This document shows, piece after piece, positions 48,299-62,100 of a DNA stretch of 64,000 nt (position 1 is its first letter; each line of letters begins with the position of its first letter). A program made the translations under genes and the position numbers. The notes below the pieces were generated by a model. It did not search any database. It saw only the letters and a program-made list of their open reading frames with translations, and was not told the origin of the DNA. This DNA is from Mobula birostris (Eukaryota). The stretch lies in assembly GCF_030028105.1 (NCBI RefSeq), contig NC_092372.1:127705492-127769491 (forward strand), in the 5' to 3' direction.

Positions 48299-49348
48299 TG
48301 GTTATAGCACTTAACAGCAATAATTCATTATCCCGGAATGTCCTGAGGTAAGTAAGAATAAATCAGGTAAAAGTAGTTTATTTATTCAATTTACTTCAGG
48401 AAAAAATATTATCCTTTACAATGAATGTTTTCACATTCAGAGAATAAAATGACCAGCCTAATTCTAGACTAATTTTTGACAAGCTAGTGTTAGTAATACT
48501 GTTCAATGATTAGTCTCTCATTCTACTCTTATGCAGTCAAGTAAGATCTGTTATTTTAAGCAACAATTTAAAATGATAATAAACCACCATTAAACTGAAG
48601 AACTACTGGAGAAAGGATGCAAGAGCCAAAAAATTGTGTCACACGGAGTGTCACTGGAGAATGTGGAAGCAGGGTGCAGAGAGTGGTAACGCCATTAGCT
48701 GCAGGTCTCTGTAACTTACAGTAATGACTTTCCAGGAGAATTTGCACATAAAGTTGTCAGCATTGTGGCAGCTCTTTATGGTCTCTTTTTATAGCCTTGG
48801 TTACTGAATTTGATGAAAGAATAGGACATAAGGATAATTAATCCCAAGACAGCTGTTAACTGGACTAAAACCCACAAGGCCACTATTAATGGAAAAGATT
48901 GTATGGATAATTTCTTGCATTCTGAGCTTTGACGTATACTAAGTTCTGACAGATAAAGTAGGGGTATTCTTCATGCTTTGAAAATTCATAAGCATAACAG
49001 AGGAAATATCACTACAGGCAAAACCACATTTTTCAAACTCATGGCCTGTTTCATCTGCATTTACATTTCCTTTTGATTTAGGCTCTGAAAATTGAATTTC
49101 ATTGCTTTTGCTACTAAAATTCGCTTTCAACTTGTGTTTTAGTACCAGAATTGTCAGCCTATGTGATAAATAAACACAGACGTGGACAGAGGGAGACATG
49201 GCCTGAAAACAGGCCCCATGGCTCACCAAGTCCCCGCTAATCAAGAATCATCCATTCACGTTGATGGTGCATTAATCCCTGCAATCTCATCCAGTCTACC
49301 TAGATCCTATTCCTCACCTTCACACCTGTGCACCAGGCCAGATACTGT

Positions 49349-49810
49349 GGGGCGCCACAGTGCATAGCGGTTAACGCGACACTTTGACAGCTTAGGGTGT
49401 CGGAGTTCTGTGTTCAATCCCGGCGTCCTCTGTGAGGAGTTTTACATCCCCTCCATGGAATGTGTGGGCTTCCCCCGGGGGTTCAGATTTCCTTCCACAG
49501 TCCAAAGGCATACTGGGTAGGTTCACTGGTTGTTCTAAGTTGCCCCGGAACTTGGTCAGGGTTAAATTCGGGTTGTTAGGGTGTTGCTGGAGCAGCGCTG
49601 CTCGAATGGCCAGCAAGGCCTACTCGATGGTGCATTGTTAAATAATAAATAAATAAACAAACCTATGAACCTGCATGTCTTTGGGATGTGGGAGGAAAGT
49701 GGAGCATCATGTGGGTCATGGGGGGAAAATGCAAACTCCACACAGACAAATACGAAGACCGAACGTGGGTCTCTAGTGTTGTGATGCAACACGTATACTA
49801 GTCATACCAC
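49349..49810. mobile_element. Two V-SINE (HE1-like) copies, plus (49349-~49640) and minus (~49655-49810)
   Basis: tRNA-like head catagcggttaacgcg...gttcaatcccgg and V-domain tgtgtgggcttccccc...ttccttccacagtccaaag; minus copy gcatgtctttgggatgtgggaggaaa...tgcaaactccacacagac. Confidence 0.8.
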
Positions 49811-50394
49811 TATAGCACTCTTAAATACAGGGCCAGATGATTCACCCCATGGCTTGAGCTCTCTGCTGTCCTGTACTGGATACAGAGGCCTGACTGAATG
49901 CTGACCCACTCAAAGATGTCTTTCAAGACAGAAGGGATTTCATGCATCAGATCCTGAAACCATTCCCCAAGGTGTGTTCTGTAGCCAATGGAACTGATTA
50001 TAAATAATGACAATAACAAGATTTAGATGTTCCACCATCTGACCTCCAGTGTGGATCCAACCTCCACATTTTGAACATTGGGCAGGAACTGCTCATAGTT
50101 TCAACACGACCACCGACAAAAAGTCCTGTTCGTACTTCATCGCACATGTGTGAAGTTGCCAAGACACCAAAGGTCACACAGTGATTGAGGCATCAGCCAA
50201 CTGGGCTTCACCTTTTCTAGAATGAGCTTGCAATTTTCGTATTTCATATTTTTCCTTCTGACGCATACAATCAGCCTATCAAGCCTGGGCCAGTTCCCCT
50301 ATTTATTTCTCTGTAATCTTTCTCTTAACACTTCTCTATTCTCCCATCAGCCACGTGAACTGTGGGATAATTTCACTAAATTATTCTGCCAAGC

Positions 50395-50545
50395 GGCAGG
50401 CCTTTGTGATGTGGGAGGAAGCCGGGAGGAATGCATGTGGTCACACAGGCAGGGTGTACAAACTCCACACGAGCAGAAGTAGAGTTCAGAAATGATCCTA
50501 TGTTATTGGACTTGCACTTCCTGCAGTGTCACTGTGACACCTGCT
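50395..50545 (-). mobile_element. Decayed V-SINE
   Basis: gatgtgggaggaagccgg...ggtcacac...tgtacaaactccacac. Confidence 0.65.
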
Positions 50546-50852
50546 GCACCTTTCATCACCTCACTTTAATCCAACGTGCTTCAGAAACCAACTAAGTATT
50601 TCTGAAAACATGGGAACAGAAGCCTGCTCTGCTGTTCCCCCTAAACCCACTCGTGTTTAATATTATACTTCTCTCACTGTCCCACATTCCCCACACTACC
50701 TTTTTCACAATGTGCTCTTTATTTCAACTCTTTGTCAATCAAAAATGTATTTACGTTTCATGATTTATTCACCAGACCAGGAAATGCAAGCAACATTTTG
50801 CTTGAGAGATTATATCGTGCGTGAGAGATATTTCATTGATGCTGGCTTTCAT

Positions 50853-51530
50853 TAGAATCAGAATCAGGTTTATTATCACTGACATACTGTATGTTGTGAA
50901 TTCTGTGGCTCTGCAGCAGCAGTACAGTGAAATCCATTAAAATTACTACAAATTACAAAAAGAAATATATATGAAAAAGAAATTAGTGCAAAAGGAGAGC
51001 AAGGTACTGAGTTATCATTCATGGGTTCATGGACCAGAAGAAGCTGTTCCTAAAATGCTGAGTGCACGCCTTCAGGCTACCGTACCTCGTTCTGGATGGT
51101 AGAAATGAGAAAAGGGCGTGTCCTGCATGGTGAGGGTCCTTAATGATGGAGGCACCGCCCGTTGAAGATCTCCTCAATGTTGGGAGACTAGAGCTCATGC
51201 TGGAGCTGGCTGAAACTACAACCTGCTACAACTTTTTTTGATCTTGTACATTGGAGCTTCAAGTGGTGATGCAACCTGTCAAAATGCTTAAGCCTACCAA
51301 ATCTCCTCAAACTCCTAATGAAGTACAGCTACACATACAAAACGCTGGCGGAACTCAGCAGACCAGGCAACATCTATGAGAATAAAGTACAGTCAAATTG
51401 CTTGGATTTCCAGCATCTGCAGACTTTCTCCTTTTAATGAAGACAAACTGGCTTGCCTTCTTTGTGATTATACCAATGTGTTGGGCTCAGGATAGACAAC
51501 TCAGAACTTGAAGCTGCTCACTCTCTGCAC
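50853..51530 (-). mobile_element. Rex1/Babar 3' fragment containing an inverted PLE-tail remnant (51330-51433)
   Basis: agaatcagaatcagg tail; the PLE remnant is flanked by taatgaagtaca / taatgaagaca. Confidence 0.75.
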
Positions 51531-52314
51531 TTCGCTGGTTGCATATCCATGTGCAACTTCTGCTCTGTTACACCACTGCAGAGAGTGGTTGCATATTCTG
51601 CCTCCTATTTTATTTTGGAACAAACTTTTCTGTTCATACATAAAAAGAAAATGTCTGCACTTTTCCAAATGTCATACATGAAAAAAGCATCATTAAAAAT
51701 CCAGTAAAGTTGAAATATTCAGTAGGTCAAGCACTGAGATACTGACCTGGTATAAGTAATAAGATTTTGCCAGGGTATGACAGGAGAGTTATCATATAAC
51801 ATTTAGCTGGGGAAATGTATAATCTGATCCTGTCAAGCTATAGTTTCACAGCATCACAATGGAGTTCTCTAAATGGGGAGTTTCATTCTGTTATCTGATA
51901 CAGACAAAGCACAATTCTATTAGAGGCAAGTTCAGAGTATACACAGAATTTTAAATCTCATGTTAGAACAGCATGCGTAGTGACAACAAACCCCACCTTC
52001 AGTTCTGTCAACCCCATGTCTAGGAAAGCTGAACCAGGACAAAGCACTATTCCATTATTCTGTAATTAATCCACATTACGCATTACATAAATGGCAAAGC
52101 AAAATGTTTGAAGAGTGGTTGTTGCAGTGGATGAGGAGATCCTTGAACCAAATCCAGCTCAAAGCTTTGCTGCAATGCCAAGGTCTATCTTCAGTGCAAG
52201 TAGTGAAGAGATATCGTGAAAGGCTTATTGAACTGATAGCTTTGTTGTTCCTTTATGATTCTGTAGGATACAGATATTTGAAATCTAGGCAAGGTTTAGA
52301 CTTGTGAGCACAGA

Positions 52315-54175
52315 ATGCTTTTATCCAAGATTCACAAATCTGTTTATCTGGGTAGGTCCATTGTTTCTGCCCCCTCCTGCCCCACTGAACTCATGTCTGC
52401 AAACCACAAAACTATTTTAACCTTCTTGGTGCAGTCCCTTCCCACTATCATCCACAACACTTCACATTCTTTCAATCTGCTCTATGACTTCCACTTCCTT
52501 GGCTCTGATCACCTCATTTTCACCCTATACAAACCCATCCTCCATCATGAAAACCTTAAAGCTCTTCACTTCTTTCTCGACAACAGACCCAACAAGTTCC
52601 CATTCATGACCACCCTCTTTTGTCTAATCGAACTGTTCCTCTAAATAATAATTTCTCTTTTGGCTCCTCCTACTTTCTCCAAAATCAAGGCGTAGCCACA
52701 GGCACCTGCATGCGCCCCAGCAGTGCCTGCCTTTCTGTTGGCTACTTGGATCAGCCCATGTTCCAAGCCTTCTCTGGGAATGGTCCCCAACTCTTTCAGC
52801 ATTGCATTGGTGCTGCTTCATGCAACTTCCACCCTGCCTTTAAATTCACAGTAAATTTCTGACACCTTTCTCCTCTTCCTCGATCTCTCTATCTCCATCT
52901 CAGGAGATACATTGCCTACTGATATCTTGTATAATCCTACTAATTCTCATGGTTAGCTTGACTATACCTCTTATCAGCCTCTGTCCTGTAAAAATGCCAT
53001 TCCCTTTTCTCAGTTTCTTTGCCTCTGCGTCATCCATTCCCAGAATGAGGCTTTCCTTTTTAGATGTCCTCCTTCTACAAAGAACAGGGTTTCCCTTCCT
53101 TCATCATTGATGCTGCTCTTACTGCATCTCCTCCATTTCCCAGACATCCGCATTCATCCCACCTTCCCCCAGCCCTAATAGGAATAGAGTTTCTCCTGCC
53201 GTCAACTATCACCTTATGAGCCTCCACAACCAACATATCAATCTCTGCAACTACACCCATCAACAGGACCATGCCACCAAACACATTTTCCCCTCCCCCG
53301 CCCCACTCTCCGCTTTCCTCAGTTCTCGCTCCCTTTTTGGTTCCCTTGTTCATTCTTCCCTCTCCACTAATCTCCCTCATGGCACTTATCCCTATAAGTA
53401 ACCGAACTGCTACACCTGCCTATATACCTCCTCCCACATCTCTATTCAGGGCCCCAAACAGTCCTTCCTGGTGAGGCAACACTTCACCTGCAAATTTGTT
53501 GGGGTCAAATCCTAGGTTCGGTGCTCCCAATGTGGCCTCCTTTACATTGGTCAGACAAGACATAGATTGGGGAACCGCTTTGTCGAGTACCTCTGCTCCA
53601 TCTGCAAAGAGCAGAGTTTCCTGGAGCCAACCATTTAAATTCCTATCCTCATTCTCATTCTGATATGTCAGTCCATGGCCTCCTCTTCTGCCACGATGAA
53701 GCCACTCTCAGGTTGGAGGAACAACACCTCCATCTAGGTAGCCTTCAACCTGATTGCAAGGACATCAATTTCTCCAACTTCAGATAATTTTTTCGCTCTC
53801 CTGCTTCCCTCTTTTTCATTTCCCCACTCTTGCCACTTACCTCTTCTCCTCACCTGCCTATCACCTCCCCCAGTGCCCCTCTTTCCCTTTTATTCATGGT
53901 TCACTCTCCTCTCCTATCAGATTCCTTCTTTTTCTTCAACCCTTTACATTTTCCACCTATCACCTCCCAGCTTCTTACTTCATCCATCCTCTCTCAACCA
54001 CTTGTTTGACCTTTCACCTTCTAGCTTGTACTCTTTCCCCTTCTTCCATCTTATTATCCTGTCATCTTCTCCCTTATTTTCCAATCCTGAAGAAGCGTCT
54101 TAGCCCAAAAAGTCGACTGTTTTTTCATTTCCGTAGATGCTGAGCTGAGTTCCTCCAGCATTTTGTGTGTGATGC
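52315..54175 (+). mobile_element. Older Neptune PLE (RT to GIY-YIG to decayed hammerhead tail)
   Basis: LLSKIHK, GVATGTCMRPS, CSQCGLLYIGQT; tail aatcctgaagaagcgtcttagcccaaaaagtcgactg. Confidence 0.92.
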
Positions 54176-54584
54176 TTTTACAATCTACAGTGCACGGGGA
54201 GAAGTCATGTTAGAGAAAATCTGTTGTATTGATTGGAATGTAATATGTATAATTTATTCATCTCAGTCCTTTTGATTAAGTTAGTCTACATGTTGACCTT
54301 TCAGATATTTTCATTCCTTACTGATTTGTCTCTGTTAGTAAGAGGACAATTGATCAGAGCTTCCTGAGCAGATTGCTTTCCAGGGAGCTTGATAGCCATT
54401 TGGTTGGAAACAAGATTTCATTCTGTTATAGTGCAACTTTGGTCAAAGAATCTAATGACACCCATAGTCAAAGCCAATGGATGAATAGCAGCCTCGACAC
54501 CTGTAGAATGATAAATAAGCATTCATTGTATGTGGTACCTTTTACCACCTCGGAACTTCCCAAAGCAGTTCACAGGAAAGTTGT

Positions 54585-54805
54585 TTCCACTGGTAGGTGA
54601 AACTAGAACAAGGGGACATAGCCTCAAGATTTGGGGGAGTAGATTTAGGACAGAAATGAGGAGGAACTACTTTTGCTAGAGAGTGGTGAATCTGTGGAAT
54701 TCTCTGTCCAATGGAGTAGTGGAGGCTACTTCACTAAATATATTTAAGACAGGGTTGGATAGATTTTTGCATAGCAGGGTTTTGGGGAAAAGGCAGGTAG
54801 GTAGA
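54585..54805 (+). mobile_element. CR1 3' fragment
   Basis: actagaacaaggggacatagcctcaag...gagtggtgaatctgtggaattctctg. Confidence 0.85.
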
Positions 54806-54811
54806 GATCTG

Positions 54812-56520
54812 ACTCAGCTATTCAGGACCAACACACTTGACTATTGTTACACCATCAAGAACACTTCTCGTGTCATCCCAGGCTCTCCCTTATGGCAGGT
54901 CTGATCACTCGGCTGTACATCTACTCCCACCATACAGGCAGAGCCTGAGAACCACAGCACCAGTCATGACGACCAGGAAGGTATGGTCAACGGAGGTGTA
55001 GGAACACTTGCAGTACAGCTTTGAATCAGTGGAATGGTCCATATTCAGGGATTCATCTTTGGATCTGTATGAATATGCCTCATTTGTCACCACTTCGACA
55101 AGAACTGTGTGGATGAATTTGTGCTTTCAAGAACATGCCAGACATACCCAAACCGGAAGCAGTGGATGAATCAGATTTGCTAGATCAGTAACATTCAAGA
55201 CCGGTGATCCAGAACTCTCCAAGAAGTCTAGGGATGACCTGTGGAATGCTAGCTTAAGAGCGAAAAAGCATTTCCATGTAAAGATAGAGACAGAATCAAT
55301 TGCTCACTGCCTATGGCATAGTTTGCAGGATTTCACTTCCTAGAAGGCAAAACCTAACATCATAAATGGCTGTGGTGCTTCACTCCGCAGTGAGTTGAAT
55401 GCCTTTTATAAATGCTTTGAAAGGGAGAATAAAACTATACCTATGTGAATCTCTGCAGCATCTGGCATCCCTGCCAATGACGAAACATCTTTCATGCAGG
55501 TAAATTCTCTAAAGGCATCAGGTCCCGATGGTATACCTGACAGGGTGCTGAAAACCTGTGCTAACCAACAGCAGGAGAGTTCAAGGACAGCTTCAAGCTC
55601 TCACTGCTTTAATCAGAGGTTCCCACTTGCTTCAAAAGGGCATCAGACATACCAATGCCCAAGAAAAGCAGGATGAGCTGCCTTGACAACTATTACCCAG
55701 TTGTATTCATATCTACTGTGTGCCGTGCTTTGAGAGGTTGGTCATGGTTAAAATTAACTCCTGCTTAAACAAATGCATGGATCCACTGCAGTTTGCCTCC
55801 TCCACAATAGGTCTACAGTGGATGCAAACTCTCTGCCTCTCCACTCAGCTTTGGACCATCTGGCAGACAGCAATACTGAGGTTAGGCTGCTGTATACTGA
55901 TTATAGCTCAGCATCAGTATCTTCATCCCTTCAGTGCTAATCAAGAAGCTTCAAAACATGGACCTTTGTACCTCCCTCTGTAAATGGATCCTTGACTTCC
56001 TCATTGGGAGATTACAGTCAGTGCAGATTGGAAATAACATCTCCTCCTCACTGACAATCAGCACAGGCACACCTCAAATATGTGTGCTTAGTCTACTGCC
56101 CTACTTGCTCTACACACATGATGGTGTGGCTAGGCACAGCTCCAACATCGTCTTATAAATGTGTTGATGATACAGCTGATGTTTGCAGAATCTCCAATGG
56201 TGATGAGGAATTGATTGTAGACTCCAGGAAAAGAAAGTTGAAGGAACACACACATCAAGGGAACAGCAGTGGAATGAGTAAGCACTTTCAATTTCCTGGC
56301 TGTTAATATCTCTGAAGATTTATTTGGGTCCGACATGTTGATGTAATTATGAGGAAGGCATGTCAGTGTCTACATTCATTATGAGTCTGGGGAGATTTGG
56401 TATGTCACCAAAGACTCTAGCAAATTCTTACAGTTGCACTGTGAACAGCAATTTGACTGGTTGCATTAGCATCTAGTATGGGAGTGCCAATGCACAGAAT
56501 TTGAAAAATCAGCAGAGAGT
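54812..56520 (+). mobile_element. Rex1/Babar LINE, degenerate; its probable 3' end resumes at 59070-59197
   Basis: [48 protein letters not shown]. Confidence 0.88.
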
Positions 56521-59055
56521 TGGAATCAGAATCAGGTTTAATATCACTGGCATATGTCATGAAATTTGTTGTTTTGTGGCAGTAGTACAGTGCAATACAT
56601 AATAATAGCAACTATAAATTATGATGAGAAGTAGACATAAAAAATTAATTAGATAAATAGTGCAAAAAGAGAGTGAAAGTACTGAAGTAATGTTAATGGG
56701 TCCGTTGTCCATTCAGAAATTTGATTTTGGAGGGGAAGAAGCTGAGTCGAGGAGTATGTGTCTTCAGGCTCCTGTACCTCCTCCTTGATAGTTAAAATGA
56801 GGAGAGGGCATGTCCTGGGTGATAGAGGTCCTTAATGACAAACTCTGCCTTTTTGAGGCATTGCATTTTGAAGGTGTCCCTGATCTTGGTTGAGTTTACA
56901 ACTTTCTGCAGCTTTTTCTAATCCTGTGCAGTCACCCCTCCACACCGGAAGGTGATGCAACCCAATAGAATTCTCTCCACGATAATCTATAGAAAATTGC
57001 AGGTGTTTTTGGTGACGCACCAATTCTTCTCAAACTGCTAATGAAGTAAAGGCACTGTCTGTGCGTTCTTTGTAATTGCATCAATATGCTTGGCCCAGAA
57101 TAGATCCTCAGAGATGTTGACACGAGGAGCTTGAAACTGATTGCTCATTCCACTGTTGATCCCTCAGTAACCACTCAACCAGCTGATCCATCTTGCTCCT
57201 GTACACTTCCTCATCACCATCTGAGATGCTTCCAACAAGTTTTGTCATCAGCAAAGTTATAGATAGTGTTTGAGCTGTGCCTGGCCACATAGTAGACAGA
57301 GTAGAGCAGTGGGCTAAGCACGCATCCTTGGGGCGTGTCAGTGTTGATTGTCAGTGAGGTGGAGACGTTATTTCTGATCCGCACTGACTGTGGTTTCCTG
57401 ATGAGGAAGTCAAGGATCCAGTTGCAGAGGAAGGCACAGAGGCCCAGATTTTGGAGCTTGTTGATTAGAATTGAGGGTATGATTGTGTTAACCCTGAGCT
57501 GTAATCAATAAACAGCAGCCTGACATTAGTATTGCTATTGTCCAGGTGATCCAACGCTGTGTGAAGAAACAGTGACATTGACCTTTTGTGATGATAGGTG
57601 AATTGCAACATGTCCAGGTCTTTGCTTAGGCAGGATTTGCTTCTGGCCTTCACCAACCTCTCAAAGCACTTCGTATTAGATGTAAGTACCACTGGGTGAT
57701 AGTCATTGAGGCAGCTCACTCTGCTCTTCTCGGGCACTGGTATGATTGTCACCCTTTTGAAGCGGCTGGGAACCTCTGACTGCAGCAATGAGAGATTGAA
57801 GATGTCCGTGGACACTCCTGCCAGTTGGTTGGCACAGCTTTCAGAGTCGAACTAGGTACTCCAACAGGGCCTGACACTTAACGAGTTTCACTCTCTTGAA
57901 AGATGTTCTGTTGTTGGCCTCTGAGACAGAGATCACAGGGTCACCACAGGTGTAGTTTTATCCTCCCTTTCAAAGTGTGCATAAGAGGTATTGAGCTCGT
58001 CCAGGAGTGTCATTCATCACTGCCATTCATGATGGTGGGTTTCACTTTGTAGGAAGTAATGGACTGCCAGAGCTGACGTGCATTCGATTTTGTCTCTAAC
58101 CTCAGTCTGAATTGTTTTTTTGCCCATAAATTGCCTTCTGTAAGTTGTACTTGGACTTCTTGTGTATCTCTGGATCACTGATTTTGAATGCAACAGATCT
58201 AGCCCTCAGCAGACTATGAATTGGCTGGCTCATCCATGCCATTTGGTTTGGGTATGCCTGGTATGTTCTCAAAGGCACTCACATGTTCACAGAGGTCTTG
58301 ATGAAGTCGATGACAATTGTGGTATATTTACTCAGCCTTGGTGATGAATCCCTGAATATTGACCAGTCAACTGTCTCTGAGCAGTTCTGTAAGTGCTCCT
58401 CTGCCTTCATTGACCATTCCTTCTTGGTCATCGTCACTGATGCTGCAGTGTTTAGTCTCTGCCTATATACTGACAGTAGAAGTACAGCCAGGTGATCGGA
58501 CTTTTCAGAGGGTGGGTGTGGGATGGCATGATAAGTGTTCATGATGGTGGTATAACAATGGTCAAATGTGTTGACTCCTCTGGTTCTACAGGTGGTAGTT
58601 GTTCAGGGACTTCTTCAAGCTGGCCTGGTTAAATTCTCCTGCAATGATAAGGAAAGCATCACGGTGCAGAGCTTCGTGTCTACTGATTATATTACTCAAT
58701 TCCTCCAGTGCCTGCCTCGTGTTGGCCTGCAGTGGAATTCACACAGTTACCGAGATAATGGCAGAAAACTCCCTTGGCAGATAAAATGGATGACATTTCA
58801 ATGCTAGATGTTCCAGGTTGGCTGAGCAGGAGTGAGACAGAATTGTCACGTCTGTGCACCACAATGAGTTAATGATAAAGCATACTCTACCTTCTCTGAC
58901 TTTAAAAGACACAGCTGTCCTGTCTTTGCAAAGTTTCGTGAAGCTATCAAGCTGCAGTACTGTTGCCTGAAATGGTGGGGGATAGCCATGCTTCCATGGA
59001 GCAAAGTACACAGCAGTTCCTGATATCCATCTGGTACACCAATCTTGCTCTGAGT
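56521..59055 (-). mobile_element. Rex1/Babar LINE (endonuclease and RT), degenerate
   Basis: [67 protein letters not shown]; gaatcagaatcagg tail at 56523. Confidence 0.92.
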
Positions 59056-59197
59056 TAAACTAAGCTAGCTTCAGCATCTTCCCTCTGTTATCAGATTTCT
59101 GAATGAACCATCCCATGACACTACTCACTTTTTGCATGATTTACTTTTTTATATTGGTTATTGTAATATAGTAATTTTTTAATGTATTGCACTGTGA

Positions 59198-62100
59198 TGA
59201 TGATGATAGCTGGTTCTTCGCTTGTGAAGATCAGGATGGAAGAAGAGTCCTCAGGATTGTTGGTGACTGTAGAGGCCAATTCTGGATCTACAGACTCTGG
59301 AGCTTTAGGGAGACAGGAACACTTGGGATATGGATGCTTTGGTAATAGGATCCTTCCTGCATCTCCTCTTCTCTTCAGCAACCACTCTTCTCGGTTCCTC
59401 AACATTCTTGGCTGCTCCTTGGATCAGCATTCTCCTGCGATCTCTGAAATAAGCCAGCTACTGCCACTCATTAACTCTGCCGAGAGAGCTACTGTTCAGG
59501 GCAACACAATCTCTCTTGCCTTGAGAGAGTTTTCTGCAGATTACTGCTTTCCGTAACCTGGAGCTATCGATGTGAGACATGTGGCCTGACCAGCGAAGCT
59601 GCTTGAGCAGCAAAGTGGCTTCAATGCTTGAATGTTCAGCCTTCTCTAGGACCTCATTGTTGGAAATACAATCCTGCCAGGTGGTACCCATAATGGAGCA
59701 GAGGCAGAGCTGATGAAAGAGCTCAAGTAACTGGATTTGCTTGCACTATAAGACCCAGGTTTCAAAGCAGTGTTGTGACTCTTTTGTACAACCTGCCAAA
59801 TGCGCTGTTTGCCTTTGCCAGTCTGTTGTCGATCTCTTTGTCGATCTTGGCATCTGACGAGACAGTGCACCCCAGGTAGCTGAACTGGTGGACTGTCTTC
59901 AGCTCTACCTCACCGATAGTGATGCGGGGAGGGTGGTAATCTCCCTGAGGTGCGGGCTGAGGGAGAACTTCTGTCTTCTTCAAGCTGACTTCCAGTCCGA
60001 TGAGCTTGGCAGCCTCTGCAAAGCAGAATATTATACGCTGCAGGGCTGTCTGTGTGTGGGCAACAAGGGCAGCATCGTTGGCGAAGAGTAGCTCTCGGAT
60101 GAGTTGCTCCAATGTAATCCCCTCAGGTTGAACAGGCTGCCATCGGTGCGGTATTGGATGTAAACACCACCCTCGTCATCAAGGTCTTCTCTGGCCCTTT
60201 CGAGCATCATGCTGAAGAAGATGGTGAAGAGAGTTGGTGCGAGGACACAGCCTTGCTTTACTCCGTTACCTATTGGGAAGGGTACTGAGAGGTCGTTGTT
60301 GTGTCTGACTTGGCCACTCTGAACTTCATGTAGCTGGATGATCATGCTGAGGAACTTTGGGGGGCATTCCAGTTGTTCCATAATTTGTCACAGACCTTCT
60401 CTGCTCACGGTGTCGAATGCTTTGGTAAGGTCGACAAGCGTCACGTATAATCCCTTGTTCTGTTCCCTACATTTCTCTTGGAGCTGCCTGAGAACAAATA
60501 CCATGTCGGTGGTGCTCCTGTTGGCTCTGAAGTCACACTGGCTCTCTGGGAGGTGTTCTTCTGCAATGATGGGCACCAATCTGTTCAGGAGTACTCTTGC
60601 GAGGATTTTTCCTGCAATAGAAAGCAGAGTTATCCCCTGGTAGCTGGAGCAGACTGACTTTTCTCCCTCGTTCTTATACAGGGCGATGATGACTGCATCA
60701 TGGAGGTCCTGTGGTAGTTTACCTTGTTCCCAGTAGCAGACAAAGAATTCATGGAGTTTGATGGGTAGTTCTGGGCCCTCATGCTTCCAAACCTCTGGTG
60801 GGATTCCATCAACTCCCACTGCCTTGCCACTTTTCAGCTGCTCTATGGCCTTGACTGTCTCTTCTAGGGTTGGAATCTTGTCCAGTTCTGTTTCCTCTGG
60901 CTGTTGTGGGATGTGATGAGTTGCTGAGTCTTAGACCATGCAGTTGGTGCTGAAGAGAGTCTGGAAATGTTCTGACCACCAGATCAGGATGGACGCCTTG
61001 TCTGTGAAGAGCGCCTGATTGTCTGCACTGCGCAAGGCATTCTGAACCTGGTGCGAAGGGCTGTACACTGCTCTCAGGGCTCCATAAAACCCTCTGTAGT
61101 CACCGGTGTCTGCGCAAAGTTGAGTTCTGGTACTGTGGAGGAGCAGAGGGATCTGGGGGTACATGTCCACAGATCCCTGAAAGTTGCCTCATAGGTGGAT
61201 AGGGTAGATAAGGAAGCTTATGGGGTGTTAGTCTTCATAAGTCGAGGGATAGAGTTTGAGTCATGAGGTAATGACACAGCTCTATAAAACTCTGGTTAGG
61301 CCACACTTGGAGTACTGTGTCCAGTTCTGGTCGCCTCACTATAGGAAGGATGTGGAAGCATTGGAAAGGGTACAGAGGAGATTTACCAGGATGCTGCCTG
61401 GTTTAGAGAGTATGCATTATGATCAGAGATTAAGGGAGCTAGGGCTTTACTCTTTGGAGAGAAGGAGGATGAGAGGAGACATGATAGAGGTGTGCAAGAT
61501 AATAAGAAGAATAGATAGAGTGGATAGCCAGTGTCTCTTCCCCAGGGCACCACTGCTCAATACAGGAGGACATGGCTTTAAGGTAAGGGGTGGGAAGTTC
61601 AAGGGGGATATTACAGGAAGGTTTTTTGCTCAGAGAGTGGTTGGTGCGTGGAATGCACTGCTTGAGTTTGTGGTGGAGGCAGATACACTAGTGAAGTTTA
61701 AGAGACTACTAGACAGGTATATGGAGGAATTTAAGGTGGGGGGTTATATGGGAGGCAGGGTTTAAGGTTCGGCACAACATTGTGGGCCGGAGGGCCTGTA
61801 CTGTGCTGTATTATTCTATGTTCTATGTTCTAGGTTCTCTTTGCAAGGCTGGTCCACCACACATTCTGAATCTCTTGAAACTTACGCTGGAGGTTGCTGC
61901 ATACAAGGTGGAAGGCTGCTTTCTTATCAGGACAAGATGGCTGAGCAAGGTGCGCCTGGTGGTCAGATCTCTTTTTCGCCAGCAATTCTTGGATCTTCTG
62001 GTTGTTTTCATCGAACCAGTCCTTGTTCTTCTTTGTGGAAAACATTAGGACTTCTTCAGAAGTTTGCAGGATGGTGGTTTTTAGGTGCTCTCAAAGCACT

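Noticed and set aside
48939-49244. Short ORFs in unique DNA (also 32529-32771, 36003-36254, 52104-52307)
   Set aside because: No recognisable motifs or consistent splice structure, and the lengths are within chance expectation.
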